A DNA stretch of 57,395 nt from Pseudomonadota bacterium (GTDB lineage Bacteria > Bdellovibrionota > FAC87 > UBA2466), in assembly GCA_043718025.1 (NCBI GenBank), contig JAYSWN010000139.1:1-57395 (forward strand), written 5' to 3'. This document shows, piece by piece, positions 49,045-57,395 of the stretch. Under the pieces are notes generated by a model. It was given only the letters and a program-made list of their open reading frames with translations, did not search any database and was not told where the DNA came from. The position numbers were made by a program, and so were the translations under genes. Positions within the stretch are counted from its first letter, which is position 1, and each line of letters opens with the position of its first letter.

Positions 49045-50832
49045 ATGCCAACTACGCCGGGCCGCACCTTTCCGTGGCGAATTTTTAATCGCATTCTCGC
49101 TGGTCAGTGTTTCATTGTGCTGTTGGCCTTAATTGGCTCGGGCTACACTTCGCGCCTTTTCTTTCGTCACCGCCTTGTTTCCATCTCTGAATTTCAAACC
49201 CAACAGCTTTTTAAAGCGATGGATCACAAGATTCCATCAATTGTGCCGACCTCCTGGTGCAAAGACGAGGCTAGCGAGATCGGTTTAGATCTGGTCGTTT
49301 TTGATGGTCAGGGCAATTTCTTGTGTGCGTCTTCTGATTCATCACAAGATTCTGATCGTAACGTGTGGCTGCAGCTGCATGGGCAACGCCGGGCCGATCG
49401 TAACTACGTCACTAAGCTGGGTGGCGACTTTTTTTATGCCCTTTACTGGAGCCCGCAAAAAAATGTGAGCGTTGGTTTACGCCTGCCCCTGGAACGGATC
49501 ACCGGAACGTTTGCTCTGTTTGATGCCACGCAAATAATGATCATTTTTGTTACCTTGGCGAGCCTCGGTCTTTTGGCTTTCTGGTCGGCCCGGCAACTGG
49601 TATTTCCGCTCGGGAGAATGTTGCTTAAGGCGCAAAGCGTGTTTGAACCGCATGCGGTGCCGCTCACGGCGAGTGATTTGCGCAAGGACACGTCCGATGA
49701 GTGGGACGAGTTGGAGTCGCGCATCGACGATATTCGCAAAGAATTTTTCGCTAAGACCCAGAGCTTATCGCGTGAGCAGGTCGAGCTTGAAACTATTATG
49801 GCGTCGATCTCTGACGCAATTCTCGCCGTTGATCCGGATGGCAATCCCATGTTTTTCAACAGCCGGTTCGAGGTGCTTTTCGGTGGGTCGGGCTTAAGGG
49901 GAAAGGGGCTCAAGGTTTGGGGCATCTTTAGAGACCCGGAAATTTTACAGGCCTTTCGTTCTGCTCTGGAAGAGGGGAAGGCTGGCACCACCAAAGTGAT
50001 CACGCTTGATCAAGAGGGCAGCCTGCGGCGTTACCTTTCGCTTTCGGTGGCGCCATTGCGCCGGCAAGACACTACGGTTTATGGCGCGGTGGGTATTTTC
50101 CACGACGTCACTGAATTGAAATCGGCAGAACAAATGCGCATCGATTTCGTGGCGAACGTGTCTCATGAACTGCGCACCCCGCTTACCGTAATCAAAGGCT
50201 TTGCCGATACTCTCATTGAAGACTTTAAAACCCAGGGCGGCCCAACGCTTAGCTACCTTCAGAGCATCGCCCGCAATGGCGACCGGTTGATGGCGTTGAT
50301 GAATGATCTGTTAGATTTGTCTTCGATCGAATCGGCCGGCACCATTCAAAAGGACCCCTTAGACACTGACGAGATGACCCAACGGGTGTTGAGCCAGCTT
50401 GAGATTCAATTCAAAGAAAAGAAACAGACGGTGAAGGCGATTATTCAAGCGCCAATCGTTATGGCCGATGCCCACCGCGCCGAACAGGTGTTAGTAAACT
50501 TGCTGGCGAATTCCAATAAGTACACCCCCATCGAAGGCAACATTGTGGTGAGTTGGGAAACGGAGGGCAATAACGTGCTGCTACGTGTTTCTAACGATGG
50601 CCCGCCGATTCTTATTCAACATCAGGCTCGGTTGTTCGAACGTTTTTACCGCATTGATAAGCACCGTTCTCGCGATCAAGGCGGCACTGGCCTGGGTTTG
50701 GCTATTGTAAAACACGTCATGCAACAACATGGTGGCACCGTGTGGGTGGAAAGCAATCCACCCCATTCAGGCGCCGCTTTCGTTTGCCGTTTTCCTCACG
50801 CCGCCGATAACGACGCTAGCCACACCTCGTGA
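49045..50832 (+). CDS. phoR: Sensor histidine kinase PhoR (PAS, HisKA, HATPase)
   Basis: DFVANVSHELRTPL, FERFYR.D and GGTGLGLAIVKH motifs; follows phoB. Confidence 0.88.
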   Translation: MPTTPGRTFPWRIFNRILAGQCFIVLLALIGSGYTSRLFFRHRLVSISEFQTQQLFKAMDHKIPSIVPTSWCKDEASEIGLDLVVFDGQGNFLCASSDSSQDSDRNVWLQLHGQRRADRNYVTKLGGDFFYALYWSPQKNVSVGLRLPLERITGTFALFDATQIMIIFVTLASLGLLAFWSARQLVFPLGRMLLKAQSVFEPHAVPLTASDLRKDTSDEWDELESRIDDIRKEFFAKTQSLSREQVELETIMASISDAILAVDPDGNPMFFNSRFEVLFGGSGLRGKGLKVWGIFRDPEILQAFRSALEEGKAGTTKVITLDQEGSLRRYLSLSVAPLRRQDTTVYGAVGIFHDVTELKSAEQMRIDFVANVSHELRTPLTVIKGFADTLIEDFKTQGGPTLSYLQSIARNGDRLMALMNDLLDLSSIESAGTIQKDPLDTDEMTQRVLSQLEIQFKEKKQTVKAIIQAPIVMADAHRAEQVLVNLLANSNKYTPIEGNIVVSWETEGNNVLLRVSNDGPPILIQHQARLFERFYRIDKHRSRDQGGTGLGLAIVKHVMQQHGGTVWVESNPPHSGAAFVCRFPHAADNDASHTS

Positions 50833-50863
50833 AGCTAAAGTACGACTGGTTGAATGGCGAAGG

Positions 50864-51181
50864 CTAATATCGTCGAATCGACGGGTCCACGTCGGTGGAA
50901 TATTTATCAATTCCCCCCGAAATATTGCGTACCCTCTCAAAGCCGTTATGCCGTAAAAACGCCGCGGCGTGGCCGCTTCGAACGCCGTGGTGGCAGAGCA
51001 CTACGATTTCTCGATCGTCGGGCAGCTCTTCCAGGCGCTGGCTCAATTCACCTAGGGGAATAAGCTTGCCGCCGATATTGGCCAGGGCAAACTCATCGGG
51101 CTCGCGGACATCAAGCAGGAAAGGTGGTTCGGGGGATTTCAGATTAATCGCCAACTCATTTACAGAAATATTTTGTGACAT
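50864..51181 (-). CDS. Single-domain rhodanese
   Basis: LDVREPDE, CHHGVRS and GGID motifs. Confidence 0.92.
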   Translation of the reverse strand: MSQNISVNELAINLKSPEPPFLLDVREPDEFALANIGGKLIPLGELSQRLEELPDDREIVVLCHHGVRSGHAAAFLRHNGFERVRNISGGIDKYSTDVDPSIRRY

Positions 51182-51193
51182 GGGCTCCAGACT

Positions 51194-51967
51194 TCAATTT
51201 CGCTTCTGGAAATCCACTAACCCGGTTCCCGACCAATGTCCAAAGGAAGTCATATCGAGTTTGGGATAGGGTAGTTCGCGCCAGGTGCGCAACATTCCCC
51301 AAATACGGATATCGTCAAAAATAACGATCGGGGGACGGTCAAACGGAACCTCCGACAGATCTTCGATAAAACGAGACTCCTGTTCTCCGTTTTTTGCGGC
51401 ATCGATGAAAATAAGATCGGCGCCCTTTAACAGATCGCGTTGGCCGTAACACGAATCGCGGTCGCTCAAATCTACGGTGCGCTGTTCGAAGCGGCCTTCG
51501 ACGAAGTCGCCTTCATTGAGCATCCCATCCGCAACGCTTTTCCAGGGAATAACGTCGTACGTAACCAAGCGCCCGCCGGCGGGCAGCGTGTGTAAGAAGG
51601 AGAGGGCGCTTAGGCCAGCTCCGGTGCCAATTTCAACGATCAGCGCGGGCTTCATCACCTGCGTGATGGCCGCGAGCAGTCGGTAGTGTTCGCCGGGCCA
51701 CACCTCGGCCAAAAATTTTTTTTCGCTTCCCGCCAAAGTCATTCGTGGCCGCAGGGCCTCCAAAGAGATTCCGCGCGCGGCCGTGGCGGCGGCGATGGAA
51801 AGATCAAACAAGCGTTCCGAAGGGCGGTTGGGTTCGTCGTCCATCGAAAAAACGGTGCTCAGTTCCGACTGCCGTGAGGTGGCGGGCGAGCAATAGGTTT
51901 TTCGATTCGCCGGGGTGGGGGGGGTCTTTTCGCCAAAGATCTCTTTCGCACGATCGATATTGGGCAT
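51194..51967 (-). CDS. Class I SAM-dependent methyltransferase
   Basis: VEIGTGAGLS, LIFIDAAK and IFDDI motifs. Confidence 0.8.
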   Translation of the reverse strand: MPNIDRAKEIFGEKTPPTPANRKTYCSPATSRQSELSTVFSMDDEPNRPSERLFDLSIAAATAARGISLEALRPRMTLAGSEKKFLAEVWPGEHYRLLAAITQVMKPALIVEIGTGAGLSALSFLHTLPAGGRLVTYDVIPWKSVADGMLNEGDFVEGRFEQRTVDLSDRDSCYGQRDLLKGADLIFIDAAKNGEQESRFIEDLSEVPFDRPPIVIFDDIRIWGMLRTWRELPYPKLDMTSFGHWSGTGLVDFQKRN

Positions 51968-52067
51968 CCAAGAATTCTATAGCGAGCCGGTGGGGTGTGC
52001 CACTGCAAACGTGCTAAAATTTACAAAGTCTTTACCCCGAAAAATAGTATCAGGAGTGATAAAGGCA

Positions 52068-53117
52068 ATGCCCACGCCCACCGCGTTGAATCGCTATTTT
52101 GTGAGTCCGTGGCTAGACTTTTTTCTGGTCGGCGGGGGCTCCCTCGTCACTTACGCGGCGCTTTCGCTTATTTCTTGGGATGGCCAGGCCTTTCAGGTTG
52201 CTGCCGCGGCGGGTTACTTGAGCTGGGTGGTAAATTGGCCCCACTTTTCGGCGACGATTCAGCGTTTGACCGCCAGCCCCCGTAGTCACCGGGAGTTCCC
52301 ACTCACCGTAAAAGCGATTCCGGTTATTATTCTGGTCGCGGTGGTAGCGTCACTAAATTCTCCAGAATGGATCGCCCCCTATTTTATAAAACTCTATCTC
52401 CTATGGTCTCCCTTTCATTTCAGCGGTCAAACCGTTGGCGTCACGCTGATCTATGCGCGGCGAAATGAAATTACTTTTAGCGAATGGGGCAGGCGCTGTC
52501 TTTCGCTATTTGTCTTTGGCACCTTTGCCGCCTCAATACTTCAATTCGAAACCTCGCCGCTGGGGGCGGTTTTTTACCATATTCCTTATCCTGGATTGGG
52601 CGTTTCGCCGTGGCTTGCGACCGCAGCTTATTGGGTAACGGCGTTGGCGGGGTTAGGGGTTTTGGTCCATTTTGCGCGGGCCTGTCGCCAGGCCGGGCGG
52701 GTTCCCGTGATGGTGCTGGTTCCGGCATTGTCGCAAGGGGTCTGGTTTATCGTCGGCAGCGGTAATCCAGCTTTTTACGTGCTGGTGCCATTTTTTCATT
52801 CGTTGCAATACCTGCCCATCGTCTGGGCGATGACCATGGCGGAAAAAAAGGAAGACGGAGGGGTGACGGTGAGCACCTTTCGCAAAGAGACATTTTATTG
52901 GTACTTGGGCAACGTGGCCGGAGGAATTGCCCTCTTTCACATGCTGCCGCAGATTTTTATTTACGCCGGGGTGGCGCCCGCCACTTCTACTGGGGTGTTG
53001 CTCGCCGGCATACAACTGCATCACTTTTTCGTCGACGGAGTGGTCTGGAAATTGAAAAGCACCCGGGTGAATGCCGCCCTTACCAAAAACTTACCGTTGT
53101 TAATGAGGACCGTATGA
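52068..53117 (+). CDS. Polytopic membrane protein with four His-containing motifs
   Basis: About 8-9 TM segments; WPHFSAT, FHFSGQ, FHSLQY and HHFFVDG. Confidence 0.7.
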   Translation: MPTPTALNRYFVSPWLDFFLVGGGSLVTYAALSLISWDGQAFQVAAAAGYLSWVVNWPHFSATIQRLTASPRSHREFPLTVKAIPVIILVAVVASLNSPEWIAPYFIKLYLLWSPFHFSGQTVGVTLIYARRNEITFSEWGRRCLSLFVFGTFAASILQFETSPLGAVFYHIPYPGLGVSPWLATAAYWVTALAGLGVLVHFARACRQAGRVPVMVLVPALSQGVWFIVGSGNPAFYVLVPFFHSLQYLPIVWAMTMAEKKEDGGVTVSTFRKETFYWYLGNVAGGIALFHMLPQIFIYAGVAPATSTGVLLAGIQLHHFFVDGVVWKLKSTRVNAALTKNLPLLMRTV

Positions 53118-53998
53118 GAACGCTATTTCTATTCCTTATTTTGGCGGTTGGCATTGGCCCCAACGCCCTGGGCTCTCTTTCCGACGAGCGGGCTGTACTC
53201 CACACCGTGGGGGGCGATATCGTGTTGGCCTTCTATCCGCACATTGCGCCACGCACCGTCGCGCAAATGCGAAAACTGATGCAAGCGGGGGTCTTTGGGT
53301 CCACCCATTTTTTTAGGCACGAGCCCGGTTTTGTTTTGCAGTTGGCGCAAAGCGGCGACCGATTGCTGCCCTTGACCCCCGCCCAGAGCAGGCTAATCGA
53401 AAAACTACCGTTAGAAATTTCACCGACGATAAAACACCGAGCGTGGCGGCTGTCGATGGCGCGCGCTAACGATGATCTTAATAGTGGTGAGACGTCTTTT
53501 TCGATTCTTCTAGGGGAGGCACCGCATCTGGACGGGGGCTATACGATCTTTGGCGAAGTGGTGGAGGGCTTCGATGTCGTGCACGAACTCTTGAAAGTGC
53601 CGATTGATTTATTAAACCGGCCCAAAACCCGACTTACTGTGAAGAGTGTAAGCTGGTACCCATCGCCGCAAGCCATGAAAAGCGGGCCGCTGAATCCCGC
53701 CGTTGCCGTAAAAATTATCTCACCCACATTAAAAGAGACCGAGGTTCGGCTTCGTCTCATTCTCGGCGCCGGGCTCGTCGTTGTGATCTGCATTTCACTC
53801 ATTGCTTTTTTTTGGAAAAGGAAATTGGGTTCTGCGCAACTGGTGGCGCTGCATCTGCTACAAGTATTGATCGCGGCATTCTATTTGCTGTTTCTCTGGG
53901 TACCGGTGGCGCAGACCTCTGGAGTCATGGCCGGGGCGCTCTTTTTTATGTGCGTAGGGGTTTTTAAATTGATGAACCGTTTCGAAGCGGCCGGTTAA
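53114..53998 (+). CDS. Cyclophilin-type peptidyl-prolyl isomerase with C-terminal membrane helices
   Basis: APRTV, FFR..PGFVLQ, LSMAR, SFSI and PHLDGGYTIFGEV motifs; signal peptide; three C-terminal hydrophobic segments. Confidence 0.85.
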   Translation: MRTLFLFLILAVGIGPNALGSLSDERAVLHTVGGDIVLAFYPHIAPRTVAQMRKLMQAGVFGSTHFFRHEPGFVLQLAQSGDRLLPLTPAQSRLIEKLPLEISPTIKHRAWRLSMARANDDLNSGETSFSILLGEAPHLDGGYTIFGEVVEGFDVVHELLKVPIDLLNRPKTRLTVKSVSWYPSPQAMKSGPLNPAVAVKIISPTLKETEVRLRLILGAGLVVVICISLIAFFWKRKLGSAQLVALHLLQVLIAAFYLLFLWVPVAQTSGVMAGALFFMCVGVFKLMNRFEAAG

Positions 53999-55329
53999 TT
54001 TTTTCGATCAAAGTAGAATGGGTAATCTACAGTGACATCGCCTTTTTGGGGGCGGGGAAGGTCCATCCCTTCGACCAGCTTGACCAAGCACTCTTGAAAG
54101 GGGCTGTAAGCAATTTCACTGCGTTTCACCGTAACCCCTTCCGCCCGACCCAAGCGAGTGCTTTTCCAACTAAGCGTCACCGCCCCGCCTTGGTTCGGGG
54201 CTTTGAGCTGCAGGCCGTGGTAGCAGGTTTGAATCTCATCGCGCTTGCGGTCGAATGTCTTTTGCAATTTGTCTTCATCTAACGCTCCCGCCCCTTTTAC
54301 CAGCATGCCTTCGCCGTAGGTAAAACCATTTCGGTTCGCGCGCTCACGTTTTATCGCCGACCTTTTGGCTTCACCGGTTTCGCTGCTCGCGAGTACGGTT
54401 GCCTCTTCTTCTTCCGCTCTGTTTCTGATTTTTGAATCGGTAATTTTGACTCTGACCGGCCCTTGCTCCAATTGGGCGCGACGCTGACTCGCCGTAAGCG
54501 GAAGGTTGAATCGGTTGATCATGCTAACGCTGAGGGTGGCCGGATCTACGGGCGTTCTCTCTTCAATGGCGTTGAACGGAAGCATTAACCAGAGTACCCA
54601 CGCGACCAGCGCAACGGCGATACCGGTATTGCGGGTAAAAAAATTCGGATCTTGATTGCGGATAACAAACATCGCGGTGCCTTCGGGGGTTGAGAGAGGA
54701 ACCGTTCGCCACCAATGTTGCTGCCACTCGACCCAGCCATCCAAAAACGGCCCATTATCAAGAATGAGGGGTACCTCTTTGATCAACTCTTGTGCTTGAC
54801 CCTCAAAATTTCGCCAGGTGACGTCTTCCTGATACGCGGTGATTCGGTGCTGACCGGATGTGTACTCGTAGCGAAATACCGGAGTGTTTCCGATCTGAAT
54901 TCTGAATTGGTCGCCGACTTGGCGTTGGGTGAAAAGCCTGCGACGGAAACCGGTATATAGATAATAAGGCGGCTCAATGTCCGGAATGTCTAGGGTTTCG
55001 GGGTTGCGAAACGCCGCTGGTTCGAAAGGCGCCGTGGGCCGAAGCGTGATGATCCAAGGTTCAGCATCAGTAGCGTGGAGGCGGAGGGTGATCGGGGTGT
55101 GAAATTTTAGAGCCGCGATCTCCTCTTGGCCGGACCGGGCCAATTTGTCGACGAGCCGAATCTTTTTGGCTTCTTTGGTCAGAAAGAAACGGCTGGGGCT
55201 TCCTAAGGCGAATGGTTTTCGAGGGTCCCAAAGGTGAGTGACCTGTTGCCCACCGCGGCGAAATTCCACTAGGTAGCGACGGTGTCGCTGGTACAGTGAA
55301 TAGCGCTGTGGGAATAGCGACGGAGTCAC
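53995..55329 (-). CDS. AgmX/PglI-type TonB-like C-terminal domain membrane protein
   Basis: Single TM segment, then IQTCY...P...GAVTLSW...CL...LPRP..G.VTVDYPFYF. GTG start overlaps the upstream TGA. Confidence 0.75.
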   Translation of the reverse strand: MTPSLFPQRYSLYQRHRRYLVEFRRGGQQVTHLWDPRKPFALGSPSRFFLTKEAKKIRLVDKLARSGQEEIAALKFHTPITLRLHATDAEPWIITLRPTAPFEPAAFRNPETLDIPDIEPPYYLYTGFRRRLFTQRQVGDQFRIQIGNTPVFRYEYTSGQHRITAYQEDVTWRNFEGQAQELIKEVPLILDNGPFLDGWVEWQQHWWRTVPLSTPEGTAMFVIRNQDPNFFTRNTGIAVALVAWVLWLMLPFNAIEERTPVDPATLSVSMINRFNLPLTASQRRAQLEQGPVRVKITDSKIRNRAEEEEATVLASSETGEAKRSAIKRERANRNGFTYGEGMLVKGAGALDEDKLQKTFDRKRDEIQTCYHGLQLKAPNQGGAVTLSWKSTRLGRAEGVTVKRSEIAYSPFQECLVKLVEGMDLPRPQKGDVTVDYPFYFDRKN

Positions 55330-55784
55330 TTCGGACTCCCCGCCACGACCAGAGTCCATTGGGTGAGACCCACCGCCTCAGCCGCTTTTATCAGCGGTTG
55401 AAGTTTGGAAAAGGGAGTTTGGCCATCCGCCAAGAGGGCGATTGAATGGTATTCGGGCTGCAGCTGCCGCACTTCCAAAAATAGGCGCACGAGCCTTTGC
55501 TCCTCTTCCTCGGTTAGCTCGCCGCGGGCGTTAGCCTTTACGGTGAAGCCGCGCCCTTCTATCGCGTAAACATCTTTGCCCACCTCAATTCGTAATGAGT
55601 TCGGGGCTTGGGCGGAGCCAACTGCCTGTGGCAGGCGAATGCCGGCCGGAACCGACTGCATGGTTTGGTCAGTCGCGAAGGTCTGAAGCAGAAACAGAAG
55701 AACCACTAGAAAAATGTCGACGAGGGCGGTCAGCATGATTGAGACAGGTTTGGTTCGCGGGCGTAGGGTGACAAATGGTTTCAC
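55326..55784 (-). CDS. ExbD/TolR family protein (AglS-like)
   Basis: LTALVDIFLVVLLFLL and LLADGQTPF motifs. Confidence 0.88.
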   Translation of the reverse strand: MKPFVTLRPRTKPVSIMLTALVDIFLVVLLFLLQTFATDQTMQSVPAGIRLPQAVGSAQAPNSLRIEVGKDVYAIEGRGFTVKANARGELTEEEEQRLVRLFLEVRQLQPEYHSIALLADGQTPFSKLQPLIKAAEAVGLTQWTLVVAGSPK

Positions 55785-56227
55785 CGACGTTGGTCTCCGG
55801 ATAGCACTACCGAACGGGAATGTTTGCGCGCTATTTCGGTAAATTGCACCAGCGTTTGGTAGGAGGTTTTAGCCGTGGGCAAAAATACCAACTCTTTATA
55901 TTTGGCCGGTAGCGCCTTCACGGCGCGTGAAAAGGCATTAAAGTCGTAACCGCTTTTGTTCAGCGCCAAGATGGCGGGAAGTTCGTCGCGGTCATTGCTT
56001 GGGTCCAGGCTGATTCGACCCTCGTCCGAAAGAGTCACCACTACGTAATCGTAGTTGACCGGTGGATTAGCTTGGGTGGAAGGACGAACTACCTGGCTCG
56101 CTAAAAAGGAGAGGCCGACGAAAGTAGTGCTGATCAATAGGTAGCAGGTGAGCAGCAGTAGGCAATCAACCAGTGGCATGAGGTTGATTTCGGCAGTGAG
56201 ACTTCGCTTTGGCGGGAGAAAGCTCAT
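55781..56227 (-). CDS. ExbD/TolR family protein (AglQ-like)
   Basis: EINLMPLVDCLLLL and P...TSYQTLV motifs. Confidence 0.85.
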   Translation of the reverse strand: MSFLPPKRSLTAEINLMPLVDCLLLLTCYLLISTTFVGLSFLASQVVRPSTQANPPVNYDYVVVTLSDEGRISLDPSNDRDELPAILALNKSGYDFNAFSRAVKALPAKYKELVFLPTAKTSYQTLVQFTEIARKHSRSVVLSGDQRR

Positions 56228-56949
56228 TCGTTTCTCCCCTGCAGCGTGATCGACTTCGCTCCTCCCTTGGTGGTAAATCCGGTCGGCCCATTGGGATTTT
56301 CGCGATTGGGATCGGCTTGGGCAAGGCGACTGCGCAAAATTTCTAATATCGATAAAGCGCCGCGATCGATTTGCGAGAGCAAACGATCGGCTTGCGCGTT
56401 GAGCAGGCTGTGACCAATTAAGCAGGGAACCGCCACGGCAATTCCCAACAGGGTGGCGGTCATGGCAACTGAAATACCGGTGGCCAGTAATGCCGCCCGC
56501 TCTAGGGCATTGGCACTGCCAATGGCATCGAACGATTGAATGAGACCAACGATGGTGCCGAGCAAGCCCATTAGCGTGGCGACGTTCGCCAACGTCGCAA
56601 GGTAGGCGGTACGTTCCTGAACTTTTTCAGCGCACGCTTGTACCGCAATCTGCAAACCGTTCTCGATGATATTCTCAGTGAGGTGGGCGCGGATGAGCCC
56701 TTCTTTCACCACCACAACCATGGGCTTTGCCGAAAGCTGGTCACAGAAGGCCGCGGCCTCTTGCACCCGATCGGCGAGTACGAGATACCTTATTTTTTCC
56801 ATGAACGCGTCGGCGTACGGAAACGGGTAGTCCCAAAAAAGAGTATGGCTACGCTCTAAGATAATCACGAGCGCAAACACGCCTATGATGAGTAGCGGCG
56901 CACAGTGCCACCAGTGAGCTTGAATAAAATTGAGTAAATGGATCCCCAT
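56224..56949 (-). CDS. MotA/TolQ/ExbB proton channel protein (AglR-like)
   Basis: ANVATLMGLLGTIVGLI and GISVAMTAT..GIAVAVP motifs. Confidence 0.93.
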   Translation of the reverse strand: MGIHLLNFIQAHWWHCAPLLIIGVFALVIILERSHTLFWDYPFPYADAFMEKIRYLVLADRVQEAAAFCDQLSAKPMVVVVKEGLIRAHLTENIIENGLQIAVQACAEKVQERTAYLATLANVATLMGLLGTIVGLIQSFDAIGSANALERAALLATGISVAMTATLLGIAVAVPCLIGHSLLNAQADRLLSQIDRGALSILEILRSRLAQADPNRENPNGPTGFTTKGGAKSITLQGRNE

Positions 56950-57253
56950 CTCTTCTCTTTTCGGAAGAATCGGGGCAGAGGGTGAGCGGGAAATAACGCA
57001 AGGCGCCATGGGCTTCGATTCTTTATGATGATTAGTGGCAAAAAGGAGGGCGTGGCGTCTTTGCTCTCGCGTTGCTCGTGGCGGTGGGGCGGCGCTTCCA
57101 CCCGGGCGTGATTCAGGCGGGCAGTGCAAGGCCGGGCGTTGGCGGCGTTTCAAATCGCTACTCCACCCGCCTTCGGAGTTTTTTTTAAATTTTTCTTTCC
57201 GGAAAAAAGAGATGAAAAAATCAGAGCCATTTCAAAGGTTAGGTAATTTCCTT

Positions 57254-57395
57254 AGAGAGTGTCTCAAAACCTTTTGTAGAGCCGCGTTCCTGTCATTGCC
57301 TGCGTAGCAGGCGCGGCAACCTTTGGCCTGCTTGGTTTTGTCGACGTCCCTCTTCACTCATAGTGAAAGGGTTGCTTCAGCCGCACTGCGTGCGC
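57254..57395. repeat. REP/MITE-like palindromic element, probably cut by the window end
   Basis: TGTCATTGC, GCCTGC-GTA-GCAGGC hairpin, GCAACC...GGTTGC arms and inner CCCTCTTCAC/GTGAAAGGG hairpin. Confidence 0.5.

Noticed and set aside
56950..57153. Extended N-termini in the ORF track (also 9458, 23733, 25101, 48223, 51915, 52898)
   Set aside because: Downstream starts fit RBS, promoter or overlap positions and family lengths better.
57310..57385. c-di-GMP-I riboswitch on the minus strand (GCAACCC...GGGACG...AAAACC)
   Set aside because: Lacks the GNRA-type tetraloop and the contiguous GCAAA junction; better explained as part of the palindromic repeat. An Rfam scan would settle it.

Overview
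57.4-kb bacterial chromosomal window. Gene content (an AglRQS-like Tol/Exb motor with an AgmX/PglI-type partner, many secreted orphans, sigma-54 promoters) suggests a Bdellovibrionota/Oligoflexia- or Myxococcota-like organism; this is inference. Layout: (1) 1-5.3 kb, a compositionally mosaic island-like region beyond the 3' end of tRNA-Ser(CGA), with a degenerate ApbE-like gene plus secreted partner, a beta-propeller and gene remnants. (2) Secreted enzymes (C13-like peptidase, lytic transglycosylase, S8 protease) plus a LOG protein. (3) A tightly coupled 7-gene operon (11056-21028) with LuxE, a LuxC::PaaK-ligase fusion, a second PaaK-like ligase, two GNAT-type proteins, an MFS exporter and a secreted Cys-His-Asp enzyme, but no luciferase; this is the best candidate for an undescribed system. 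(4) Lipoprotein-OmpA and LemA-TPM genes. (5) A phosphate-centred region: PHP/GT21/GH1, ppk1-sixA, ppx, olsB-like/M14/hydrolase and pstSCAB-phoU-phoBR. It may encode phosphorus-free lipid remodelling and is interrupted by a His/Ser decarboxylase-GNAT pair and methyltransferases. (6) A His-motif membrane protein with a membrane-tailed cyclophilin, the Tol/Exb motor operon and a REP/MITE-like element. No CRISPR array, rRNA, integrase or transposase was seen. All calls come from reading motifs by eye; no searches were run.
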